DNA of 64,000 nucleotides from a virus (Duplodnaviria; Heunggongvirae; Uroviricota; Caudoviricetes): IMG/VR virus record IMGVR_UViG_3300037067_007156, positions 525,519 to 589,518 of that record; one strand, 5' to 3'. Shown piece by piece: positions 1 to 7,910 of this stretch (position 1 is its first letter; each line of letters starts with the position of its first letter). The notes under the pieces were generated by a model. It saw only the letters and a program-made list of their open reading frames with translations, ran no database searches and was not told where the DNA came from. The position numbers and the translations under genes were made by a program.

Positions 1-108
1 ATGTATATTTTATTCACACAAAAATAAAAATATAAATCCAGTTAAAAAAATTACAGATGATATTTTATTTTTATATATTTGTGTGATTATTTTATATTTT
101 CTTTGAAA

Positions 109-147
109 GAAAACCACGAAGTCTTTAGCTTCGTGAATGGATTTCAC
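109..147 (+). mobile_element. IS200/IS605-family right-end remnant (hairpin plus TTCAC)
   Basis: AAACCACGAAGTCTTTAGCTTCGTG...TTCAC resembles the subterminal hairpin and TTCAC end of tnpB-carrying elements; no tnpB ORF in the window. Confidence 0.5.
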
Positions 148-171
148 TTTGAATTTTAAATATATAAATGT

Positions 172-732
172 ATGAGCATTATTGAAAATTTTGAAGATTA
201 TAGTGAAAAAACAAATATTGAAAAATATTTTGAAATTGCGAATACACTTGCTAATATCAATTATAAAATAAAAGATAATTTGTTAATAGGTGAATTTACT
301 ATTAATAAAAAAGAATATCTTATTATTTTTAGAGAATATGATAAAAAAATATCCACTGTTAAGTTTTATCGTAAAAATATTGTTGGTGATTGGGTTACTG
401 AAATAGTAGAAAAAAATGAACAGAATATAGGTCAATCTGGTAGAGTTTTATCAACTATAAAAAAATCAGCCATAGATTATTTAAAAGAAAAAGATGTGGA
501 TTTTTTACTATTTGGTGCATTAGACGGTTCAAAAGGTAGAAAAAATCTTTATACTTGGTTTTGTAATTTCATAACTTTAAATAATCCGATTTTAAAATAT
601 AAAAGAATAAAATACATTCAGGATACTTTAATATTTATTATATATAAACATAATCTTGATGTGAGTGTCATAGATAATGAAATGATGCAAAAAATTCAAA
701 ATATTGAATTAAATGATATAGAATGGAATTAA
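172..732 (+). CDS. hypothetical protein, paralog of 35068..35616
   Basis: Shared motifs YLIIFRxY, TVKFYRK, VLSTIK and FGAxDxSKGRKNLYTxFC. Confidence 0.8.
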   Translation: MSIIENFEDYSEKTNIEKYFEIANTLANINYKIKDNLLIGEFTINKKEYLIIFREYDKKISTVKFYRKNIVGDWVTEIVEKNEQNIGQSGRVLSTIKKSAIDYLKEKDVDFLLFGALDGSKGRKNLYTWFCNFITLNNPILKYKRIKYIQDTLIFIIYKHNLDVSVIDNEMMQKIQNIELNDIEWN

Positions 733-893
733 AAAATAAAAATATTAAAAAAGAACAAGAACAAGAAGAATTTAACTACGCAACTCCTTACACAAGAGAG
801 TATTATAAATTCTTTTTGAAACAAAAAGATGCCGAAGCAAAAAATAATTGAAAAATAATTGCAACTTTTCTTTTTTTATTCAGTATAAAGAAT

Positions 894-944
894 TACATTT
901 GCAGAACATTTTGGAAAAAAGTCATGTTTTTTCTTAAATATATA
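894..944 (+). promoter_or_regulatory. promoter region of tRNA cluster 1 leader
   Basis: Bacteroidota -7 box TACATTTG (894-901); TTTTGGAAAAAA (909) and AAATATATA (936) recur with the same 27-nt offset at 36138/36165. Confidence 0.55.
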
Positions 945-975
945 AAACAAATAAAACAGTAAAAAAATAGAAATA

Positions 976-1092
976 ATGTTAAATAGTTTTAGTCATATTA
1001 GTTCGATAGTTTCCTCAGTGAAACGCCATAAATGGTTTATTAGCCATAATGGGACTGGACTGTATATGTCTAAAAATATTCTTGGTTGCTGA
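976..1092 (+). CDS. putative attenuator leader peptide 1 (38 aa, MLNSFSHISSIVSSVKRHKWFISHNGTGLYMSKNILGC)
   Basis: Translated by hand; A-rich upstream region; codons 4-24 all correspond to downstream tRNAs; 3' half can pair with the terminator 5' arm. Confidence 0.75.
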   Translation: MLNSFSHISSIVSSVKRHKWFISHNGTGLYMSKNILGC

Positions 1093-1120
1093 ATGAAGTA
1101 AAAAAAAGAATATAAGATAT

Positions 1121-1155
1121 AAAAAAGTCCAGACGAAAGTTTGGACTTTTTTTTT
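1121..1155 (+). terminator. intrinsic terminator (attenuator) before tRNA cluster 1
   Basis: AAAAAAGTCCAGAC-GAAA-GTTTGGACTTTTTTTTT. Confidence 0.85.
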
Positions 1156-1180
1156 GGTTTAAATTGTACTGTGAAATGTT

Positions 1181-1267
1181 GGAGAGTTGGTCGAGTGGTT
1201 GATGACATCAGTCTTGAAAACTGACAAGCCCGAAAGGGCTTCGGGGGTTCGAATCCCTCACTCTCCG
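1181..1267 (+). tRNA. tRNA-Ser(TGA)
   Basis: Cloverleaf with TCAGT-CT TGA AA-ACTGA, long V arm, TTCGAAT. Confidence 0.95.
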
Positions 1268-1288
1268 CTTAAAAACAAAAAGTGAACG

Positions 1289-1519
1289 ATGGAAAATATT
1301 ACAACGATTGTAAAGGGTACGGTAGCAAAAATATCCCATGTGTGTCATGGTAAAGTGTATTACAAGATTAATACAGAAAATCATCAATATCAATTAGAGA
1401 TTGATAGCATGGAAGATGAATTTAAAACCACATACCTTGAACCAGAATTTAAAGCAATAACATTAATGCGATGGATTCGAAAAGGTATTGAAAACAGCAC
1501 TTTTATAGAACTTAATTAG
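1289..1519 (+). CDS. hypothetical phage protein inside tRNA cluster
   Basis: 76 aa ORF with KAITLMRWIRK motif and normal codon usage. Confidence 0.7.
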   Translation: MENITTIVKGTVAKISHVCHGKVYYKINTENHQYQLEIDSMEDEFKTTYLEPEFKAITLMRWIRKGIENSTFIELN

Positions 1520-1530
1520 TTCTTTTAAAT

Positions 1531-1603
1531 AGGGAATTCGGCAATTGGTAGTCTATCTCACTCCAAATGAGAATAAGTGAGGGTTCAAGTCCTTCATTCC
1601 CTG
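1531..1603 (+). tRNA. tRNA-Trp(CCA)
   Basis: TCTCA-CT CCA AA-TGAGA; acceptor AGGGAAT/ATTCCCT, G73. Confidence 0.9.
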
Positions 1604-1610
1604 CAAAAAC

Positions 1611-1621
1611 GTTCTTTGAAG
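1611..1621 (+). promoter_or_regulatory. boxA-like antitermination site
   Basis: GTTCTTTGAAG; related copies at 1519, 1976 and 36469. Confidence 0.55.
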
Positions 1622-1700
1622 TATTGGGTTATTTATATTGTTGGGTGGTTGCGAAAGTAACGAACTCGGATAAATAATTTAATAAACCCAAAAATAAAAT

Positions 1701-1773
1701 GTTGATATAGCTCAGTTGGTAGAGCATTTGACTGATATTCAAAAGGTCGGGGGTTCAATTCCCTCTATCAACA
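1701..1773 (+). tRNA. tRNA-Ile(GAT)
   Basis: TTTGA-CT GAT AT-TCAAA; canonical D and T arms. Confidence 0.92.
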
Positions 1774-1783
1774 CATTTTATTA

Positions 1784-1858
1784 GTCCTGTTAGCTCAGTT
1801 GGTTTAGAGCATTTGATTTACATTCAAGGGGTCGGGAGTTCAAATCTCTCACAGGACA
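1784..1858 (+). tRNA. tRNA-Val(TAC)
   Basis: TTTGA-TT TAC AT-TCAAG; acceptor GTCCTGT/ACAGGAC. Confidence 0.92.
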
Positions 1859-1860
1859 CT

Positions 1861-1949
1861 GTGTTAGTTGAGAATGTTGGTTAGTTCTCGCATGTCTGTG
1901 GAACATGTAGTGTTTATAACACTCACGGGTTCGATTCCCGTCTAACACC
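1861..1949 (+). tRNA. tRNA-His(GTG) with long variable arm
   Basis: CATGT-CT GTG GA-ACATG, C73, extra arm AGTGTT-TAT-AACACT. Confidence 0.85.
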
Positions 1950-1973
1950 CTTTAAATCAGCCATTTATGGTTG

Positions 1974-1988
1974 AAGTTCTTTGACATG
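1974..1988 (+). promoter_or_regulatory. boxA-like site preceded by a small hairpin
   Basis: AAGTTCTTTGACATG, identical 15-mer at 36467. Confidence 0.65.
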
Positions 1989-2231
1989 TTGGTTGAAGGT
2001 TTTTAAAATTTTCTGAAAGTAATCATGAAAATATGGTGAAATTTGAGATGAAACCTAATATGAAAGTAAGTATGACTTACAAGTGTAACGCACATTTTCG
2101 ATTCAGAAAAAACCGTGAGCCGAGGAAGGGTTGGACAGGCACTATGTGAGAAGTATTTATGAGTATGATTAGTTAGTAATTGATAAAAGTATCTGGATGA
2201 ATAGTGGTTATGAGTAAGCATATGGGTAAAC

Positions 2232-2315
2232 TCACTTATAGTGTGAATGGTAGCACAAGGGAACATCGTGAATGTGCCTAATTCCTGAGTCCGAGTTCGA
2301 ATCTCGGTGGGTGAG
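2232..2315 (+). tRNA. tRNA-like gene with 19-nt anticodon loop, specificity undetermined
   Basis: Intact acceptor, D (GTGT/GCAC) and T (CCGAG-TTCGAAT-CTCGG) arms; AGGGA/TTCCT stem closes a 19-nt loop. Confidence 0.7.
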
Positions 2316-2332
2316 GTGACCATATGTAAAAA

Positions 2333-2406
2333 GGGTGTGTAGCTGAGATGGTACAAGCGTATGGCCGAAGACCATAAGTAGATTGGCTCGAAACCAATAA
2401 CACCCA
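2333..2406 (+). tRNA. tRNA-Phe(GAA), non-canonical C33 and C54
   Basis: TATGG-CC GAA GA-CCATA; T loop CTCGAAA. Confidence 0.8.
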
Positions 2407-2412
2407 CTTTAT

Positions 2413-2484
2413 TTCCCCGTAGCTTAGTTGATAAAGCTATGATTCTTAATCATAAGACCACTGGTTTGAATCCAGTCGGGGGAA
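2413..2484 (+). tRNA. tRNA-Lys(CTT)
   Basis: TATGA-TT CTT AA-TCATA; D loop GA, T loop TTTGAAT. Confidence 0.85.
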
Positions 2485-2487
2485 CTC

Positions 2488-2558
2488 GTCCTCATAGTTA
2501 AATGGTATAACCTTACTCTTTTAAAGTAGAATTCCGAGTCCGATTCTCGGTGGGGACA
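2488..2558 (+). tRNA. tRNA-Lys(TTT)
   Basis: TTACT-CT TTT AA-AGTAG; T loop TCCGATT. Confidence 0.85.
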
Positions 2559-2607
2559 CTTTTAGACCCAATTAATATAAATATATAATCATAAATAAAA
2601 AATATTT

Positions 2608-3459
2608 ATGAAAAAGTGGGAATTATGGGAAGAAAAATTTTTAAAAAGTTATTATCCTTTATATGGTTTGACATTTTGTTCTATGACTTTAGAAAGAAAT
2701 AAAAAAAGTATAAATGAAAAACGTATTAAATTAAATTTAAAATATGCAGATGATGACTTAAAAATAAATAATAATTTTATTTATGATAAAAATAATTTAA
2801 AAGTAATTGTAAAACAATCTAATACATTTTCAGAATGTTGTGATAAATTGAATATACATAAAACTGGTGCATCATATTCGATAATTAAAAAATATTGTAA
2901 TATATATAATGTAGATTATACACATTTTACATATAAACACAAAATTCACACAAAAATATCTTTAAATGATATATTAATTGAAAATTCAACATATAGTAGT
3001 ACTTCAAATTTAAAAAACCGACTTTATAAAGAAGGAATCAAAGAAAGAAAATGTGAATTGTGTGGACAAAATGAGAGATGGAAAGATAAACATATGAGTT
3101 TAATACTTGACCACATTAATGGGAATAATAAAGATAATAGATTAGAGAATCTTAGAATTGTTTGTCCTAACTGTAATGCTACTTTAGAAACTCATTGTAA
3201 AGGTTATAAAAGATTGAAAAAAGAAAATGATGATAAAATATGTTCTTGTGGCAATCCCAAATCAAAAGAATCGAAATGTTGTTTAGATTGTCATAATAAA
3301 ACCATTTCTTTTAAACAAAGAAAAGTGACACGACCACCTTATGAACAACTTCTTGATGAAATAAAAAATTCATCATATGTTCAAGTTGGTAAAAAATATA
3401 ATGTTTCAGATAATGCAATCAGAAAGTGGGTTAAATATTATGAAAAACAAAATATTTAA
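2608..3459 (+). CDS. HNH homing endonuclease
   Basis: CELCG...LDHINGNNKDNRLENLRIVCPNC; C-terminal HTH (VGKKYNVSDNAIRKW). Confidence 0.9.
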   Translation: MKKWELWEEKFLKSYYPLYGLTFCSMTLERNKKSINEKRIKLNLKYADDDLKINNNFIYDKNNLKVIVKQSNTFSECCDKLNIHKTGASYSIIKKYCNIYNVDYTHFTYKHKIHTKISLNDILIENSTYSSTSNLKNRLYKEGIKERKCELCGQNERWKDKHMSLILDHINGNNKDNRLENLRIVCPNCNATLETHCKGYKRLKKENDDKICSCGNPKSKESKCCLDCHNKTISFKQRKVTRPPYEQLLDEIKNSSYVQVGKKYNVSDNAIRKWVKYYEKQNI

Positions 3460-3483
3460 ATTATTTTTACACAAAATAAAAAT

Positions 3484-3768
3484 ATGGAAAAGACAATAAC
3501 CAAAATGATTTGTGATTTATTTTTACAAACGTTTGAAGATAGAAATATAAAATTTTTTGTTAATCTAACGGATGATGCAATGATGTTTATCCGTAAAGAA
3601 GAAGATTGCACATTAATCGTGATGCAGGTTGGTGTACCAGATAAAATTATAAAAAAAGAAGCATATTTTTATAATGATAGTGAAATAATAAATTATGATA
3701 CTCGCCAGTTAATATCAGAAGATTTATTAATCAATAAAATCATGGATTATTATAATGAGTATTTTTAA
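3484..3768 (+). CDS. hypothetical protein
   Basis: ORF in a co-directional run. Confidence 0.65.
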   Translation: MEKTITKMICDLFLQTFEDRNIKFFVNLTDDAMMFIRKEEDCTLIVMQVGVPDKIIKKEAYFYNDSEIINYDTRQLISEDLLINKIMDYYNEYF

Positions 3769-3783
3769 AATATTGATATTTAT

Positions 3784-3987
3784 ATGATGATATTCGAATT
3801 AACACCTGAAGAAGAAACGAAAGTTAAAAAGTGGCAGAATAAACAAAAGAAAAAAGACCCAACGACTTTTTTAGTAGGTGAAAGATGGATGTATTCATTT
3901 ACACCAACAGGATTGGGGACACTCAAATCTATTCATGATAATTTATTGAATGAAGATTTCGAAATAACTGGTACTAAAGATTGGTAA
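3784..3987 (+). CDS. hypothetical phage protein
   Basis: YSFTPTGLG motif seen in small phage proteins. Confidence 0.7.
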   Translation: MMIFELTPEEETKVKKWQNKQKKKDPTTFLVGERWMYSFTPTGLGTLKSIHDNLLNEDFEITGTKDW

Positions 3988-4009
3988 ATAAATTTTAATA
4001 TATATTCTC

Positions 4010-4432
4010 ATGAAACTTAGATATATTAAAACAATAAACGAGTGGGTCGGAAATAATACCGATATAATTACAGAAACCATTTTACAATTAATTGAACAAT
4101 ATAAGTCAGTTGGTTTAGATTGTTCGGATATCAATGCTGGTGCGTGTATGGAATTCGCTGAAGAATTATACACATCCTTAAAAAATCAAAACATTATAGT
4201 AGAAATATTAAGTGATGGTTTGTTTTATGACCCATATAACGATGAATCCACAGAAATGATGTTGAATCCAAGAGATTATGGTAATAAACCAGACAATTTC
4301 GAAAAAATAGGATTACCAAGTCATTATTGGATTTATTATAAAGGAACACATTATGATTGTGATGTTCCTTATGGTGTTGATGATATGTTTGAAATACCAG
4401 TAATTAAGAGCTTTTATTTAAAATCTAATTAA
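4010..4432 (+). CDS. hypothetical protein with CTS-like N-terminus
   Basis: MKLRYIKTINEW; INAGAC...HYWIYYKGTHYD, possibly a papain-like Cys/His/Asp arrangement; TAATATATA upstream. Confidence 0.7.
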   Translation: MKLRYIKTINEWVGNNTDIITETILQLIEQYKSVGLDCSDINAGACMEFAEELYTSLKNQNIIVEILSDGLFYDPYNDESTEMMLNPRDYGNKPDNFEKIGLPSHYWIYYKGTHYDCDVPYGVDDMFEIPVIKSFYLKSN

Positions 4433-4496
4433 TATTATCCGTAATTTTTTTTATAATTTTTCTTTTATTATTTTTGACTCATAAATTAGTTCAGAT

Positions 4497-5261
4497 ATGA
4501 GGAATAAAATATTAAGAAATAACATATTGAAACCAGCAAAAACAATAGAAGCTGATTTTTTAAATATAGGGTTGTTACCTCATGAACAATTATGTGATGT
4601 CGAATTTGATAAAATTGAGGAATATTTTTTTGATTATTTTGATTTAACAACAAATCATAACCAATTCGATTTTGATACATTTGAAAAATATATTCAGGTT
4701 CAGAACTTTTTCCCCCATTTAGTTGGTAAAGATGTTGGAAGTGGTTCTTGGGTGAAAGTTAAATCCGATATAGGGTATAATGTTTACTGGGCTAAAAAGT
4801 CGAATAAAAGGATATCAGTTGAACTACTACAACGTAAATTAACTGGTATAACTAAGATAAACAAAAATGATAGTTCAGATGTTTTGAAAGATAAACTTGA
4901 AGTCATAAAAACAATAAAAAAAGAAATCGATTTGTTTAGTTATCTTTTAACATTACCTTTTGAAATGCAATTTGTTAAAATATTGAAAGGTAAAAACAAT
5001 TTTGATTATATATTACCAAGTGATTTTGATATGGTTGAAGATGTTACTATATACACTGATGCAATAATGGATGGTATGAATGGTGGAGCTGTAAAAGCAA
5101 AGGAACATTTCACCAGTGCTGATGAAGATAAAGTGTTTTACTTACAATCCAGAGGTATCAGCAGGGAAATAGCTGTTATGATGGTGAAGTTACAACATTG
5201 TCATTTTATTATTGATTCTCAAAAATTGTTTGCTAATTGGATGCAACCTGTAAAAAAATAA
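4497..5261 (+). CDS. protein with SufB/SufD-like C-terminal segment
   Basis: DEDKVFYLQSRGISREIAVMM matches the SufBD C-terminal FYLxSRG motif. Confidence 0.65.
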   Translation: MRNKILRNNILKPAKTIEADFLNIGLLPHEQLCDVEFDKIEEYFFDYFDLTTNHNQFDFDTFEKYIQVQNFFPHLVGKDVGSGSWVKVKSDIGYNVYWAKKSNKRISVELLQRKLTGITKINKNDSSDVLKDKLEVIKTIKKEIDLFSYLLTLPFEMQFVKILKGKNNFDYILPSDFDMVEDVTIYTDAIMDGMNGGAVKAKEHFTSADEDKVFYLQSRGISREIAVMMVKLQHCHFIIDSQKLFANWMQPVKK

Positions 5262-5265
5262 AAAT

Positions 5266-5523
5266 ATGAAATTCAATTTTTTAAGAAGGTCGAAAAGAGT
5301 TATAGTTGATAACAAACCTAAATTAGAATTAATTGTTGATGTTCTTACGATAGAACAAAGATGTGTTGCAAGAGTGTGGTATAATTTACATAAAGAATAT
5401 ATTGATGAGATGGTAGCTAAAGTTGAAAAAACATATTTTCCTTCTTCATTCGAAGATAAAAATAATCCTGTGTTATGGAAAGGTGAGCATTGGAAGTGGT
5501 ATTTAAAATCTGGTTTATATTAA
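5266..5523 (+). CDS. hypothetical protein
   Basis: ORF in a co-directional run. Confidence 0.65.
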   Translation: MKFNFLRRSKRVIVDNKPKLELIVDVLTIEQRCVARVWYNLHKEYIDEMVAKVEKTYFPSSFEDKNNPVLWKGEHWKWYLKSGLY

Positions 5524-5561
5524 AATAATAATTTATATATTGTATAACTTAATTTATTGAT

Positions 5562-6245
5562 ATGGAAAATAGTAGATTATTTAATTTTCAAAGGTTTTAT
5601 TGTTTCGATTGTGATATCGTTTATTCGGTCGATGATTTAATGGATAAAGAAGACCACACTTGTCCTATTTGTGGTGCTGAACCGAGTAAGAAGTTTTTGA
5701 ATGACCTGACAATTGGTAATAAAGTAACGTTTATTGCCAAGAAAGAAATGTCAATTCCTAAGTATGATGTTTCTGCTAATTTAAAACATGTTGAATCTAA
5801 GATTCCTTTATCTTTTCAGAAAAACCAAAGTATATTTGGATATGTAAACAACGTGTTCTTTGATAAAGAAAAAGGTGGAACTTGTGTTGAATTATCACTT
5901 GGTCGTCTTGGATTTACTGTTATTTCACTTTTGGATTTTTACATGGATAAAGATTACTTAAAAAGTACACCTTCGAATACTCAGCCGTATAAAAAGGATA
6001 CTTATCACGAACAACATTTTGTTTCATCTGATAATTTTACTCGTAATTTCAATTCGAATGTTCCGGTTAAAAACAATGTTCAAACTCAATATGAGTTAGA
6101 TACTGAGCGGTTCAGAGGATTCATTAATAAATATGATGCTGATAGTAAGGTAGATGTTTTACTTCTAACACTTAGAAGTCTCAACATTAAAGAAAAAAAC
6201 ATTTCTGAAATCATAGGCATCGTGAATAAAGATTTGGGATTTTAG
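5562..6245 (+). CDS. zinc-ribbon protein
   Basis: CFDC...CPICG at the N-terminus. Confidence 0.7.
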   Translation: MENSRLFNFQRFYCFDCDIVYSVDDLMDKEDHTCPICGAEPSKKFLNDLTIGNKVTFIAKKEMSIPKYDVSANLKHVESKIPLSFQKNQSIFGYVNNVFFDKEKGGTCVELSLGRLGFTVISLLDFYMDKDYLKSTPSNTQPYKKDTYHEQHFVSSDNFTRNFNSNVPVKNNVQTQYELDTERFRGFINKYDADSKVDVLLLTLRSLNIKEKNISEIIGIVNKDLGF

Positions 6246-6267
6246 ATTATAATTTCATATTATATTT

Positions 6268-6302
6268 TAAAAACCTCGTTCTTATCCAACGAGGTTTTTT
6301 TA
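6268..6302 (+). terminator. intrinsic terminator immediately before distal tRNAs
   Basis: AAAAACCTCGTT-N7-AACGAGGTTTTTTT. Confidence 0.8.
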
Positions 6303-6303
6303 T

Positions 6304-6376
6304 GTTCGTGTAGCTCAGTGGTTAGAGCAGAATCCTTATAAGATTCAGGTCGGTTGTTCGATTCAACCCACGAATA
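6304..6376 (+). tRNA. tRNA-Ile(TAT)
   Basis: GAATC-CT TAT AA-GATTC; canonical cloverleaf. Confidence 0.9.
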
Positions 6377-6382
6377 CTGTAT

Positions 6383-6454
6383 GCTCCCATAGTTTAATTG
6401 GAAAAATGTGACACTACGGATGTTTTGATTTTGGTTCAAATCCAAATGGGAGTA
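6383..6454 (+). tRNA. tRNA-Arg(ACG)
   Basis: GACA-CT ACG GA-TGTT; weak anticodon stem. Confidence 0.8.
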
Positions 6455-6499
6455 CTTTTTTTAAAATAACTTTTTTAAAGAAAAAATAATATATAAGTT

Positions 6500-6679
6500 A
6501 TGAAAGAATTACATTATTACCCTAATTTAAAGGGTCAAAGGAAAAATGGTTGGTTCAGTGCATGGACTAAACCAAAAGGTAAATTCTGGAAACGGAATGC
6601 GAACAAGAAAGTAAGAAAACAAAATATCCCTGATGGTAAGTCATATAAGAAAACATGGGGTTGGTTCGAGTGGTGTTAA
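6500..6679 (+). CDS. small basic protein (59 aa, not in ORF track)
   Basis: MKELHYYPNLKGQRKNGWFSAWTKPKGKFWKRNANKKVRK...; TAATATATA upstream. Confidence 0.65.
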   Translation: MKELHYYPNLKGQRKNGWFSAWTKPKGKFWKRNANKKVRKQNIPDGKSYKKTWGWFEWC

Positions 6680-6697
6680 AAAATAAAAATATTTTTT

Positions 6698-7171
6698 ATG
6701 GGAATGTTCGATAGAGTTGTAATAAACATTGATAAATTACCATTGAGTCAATCGGAAAAACAATTGATGTATGACGCATCAAAAAATGATATTGAATTCG
6801 ATTTTCAAACAAAAGATTTTGAAAATGTTATGACTGAAATTTATATCACTGATGATGGTCTGTTGCAAATTAATGATTGGAAATTGGAAACTGTACCATT
6901 GGAAGAAAGACCACATTCAGGGGCAACTGGAATATTAAAATTAGCTGGAAGTTTAAAAAGAGTTGATGAACATTTAGTTACACAAGATGATTACACTGGT
7001 GTTGTCAATTTCTATACATATTTTGATAAAAAATGGTTTGAATTTAATGCAACGTTTATACATGGTAAATTAGAAAAAATTGAAAGAGTGTTTGAAGAAA
7101 ATGAAATCAAACGTAGAATAAGAAAAGAAAAAATGAATAATATATTTGGAGAGATGGGTGAGTTGGCTTAA
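6698..7171 (+). CDS. conserved phage protein (MGMFD family), 3' end overlaps tRNA-Ser
   Basis: MGMFD...FQTKDF...WFEFNATFIHGKL. Confidence 0.8.
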   Translation: MGMFDRVVINIDKLPLSQSEKQLMYDASKNDIEFDFQTKDFENVMTEIYITDDGLLQINDWKLETVPLEERPHSGATGILKLAGSLKRVDEHLVTQDDYTGVVNFYTYFDKKWFEFNATFIHGKLEKIERVFEENEIKRRIRKEKMNNIFGEMGELA

Positions 7172-7237
7172 ACCACTGGTTTGCTAAACCAGCGCACGGG
7201 GAAACCCGTGCCGAGGGTTCGAATCCCTCTCTCTCCG
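7148..7237 (+). tRNA. tRNA-Ser(GCT)
   Basis: CTGGT-TT GCT AA-ACCAG; long V arm GCACGGG-GAAA-CCCGTGC. Confidence 0.95.
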
Positions 7238-7279
7238 CTTAAATAGGTAGTTGTTGATTTGCAATAAGACGATTACTTA

Positions 7280-7431
7280 GGATTCTGGCATGGATAACGC
7301 ACTGCCTTAATATTCAGTATAACAACGAGTGATTACGGATAAAATCGTAACGCCATAAGTTGTTGTCAGAGATATTGTAGACCGATGCAATACGGTTGGG
7401 GATGGTTAGTATGAGGCTAACACCAGAATCC
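7280..7431 (+). ncRNA. unidentified structured RNA
   Basis: Closed by GGATTCTGG/CCAGAATCC with at least four internal stems; GC-richer than surroundings; no ORF. Confidence 0.55.
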
Positions 7432-7440
7432 ATTTTTCCT

Positions 7441-7884
7441 TCAACTAACAAAGTTGAAACCAACAGATTTCATTTTTAACATTCGTTCTTCTTCAATTGT
7501 CAAAAGTCTGAATTTTGTTTTAGAAACTGGTATATAAGGGTATTCCTCTAATAATAAAAAATTTTGGTATTCATCAATACTTATCATATGATATATTGTA
7601 TTATATTTTAATGCTTTGGTGTCTTCACCAAAATACAATACTAATGAATTAGGTTTTAATTTAAAGTCATAAAGTGGGGATAAGTATGGGTCATAATCCA
7701 ATCTTTTATTATCTAATGTTAAAAAACAGTCAGTGGTGAAAACATTACTTTTTTGATTTAATAAAACAATTTTTTTATAAGATTTATAGCCAACTTCAAC
7801 GATGTCACCAATATGGATAGATTCATTTGTAGATAAATCAATTGATAAAAACACCTTACTTTTAACAAATAATCGTTCTCTCAT
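7441..7884 (-). CDS. hypothetical protein
   Basis: ORF with C-terminal ERMLKM tag. Confidence 0.7.
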   Translation of the reverse strand: MRERLFVKSKVFLSIDLSTNESIHIGDIVEVGYKSYKKIVLLNQKSNVFTTDCFLTLDNKRLDYDPYLSPLYDFKLKPNSLVLYFGEDTKALKYNTIYHMISIDEYQNFLLLEEYPYIPVSKTKFRLLTIEEERMLKMKSVGFNFVS

Positions 7885-7910
7885 TTTTATTTAAATAAAA
7901 TCAAAAATAA

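Noticed and set aside
2100-2145. GAGGAAGGGTT as an RNase P RNA P4 motif
   Set aside because: Does not match GAGGAAAGUCC and no 3' P4 partner was found
2003-2407. 134-aa minus-strand ORF, also 993..1208, 1208..1393 and 6260..6445
   Set aside because: Antisense shadows of tRNA genes, the leader region or a real + strand gene
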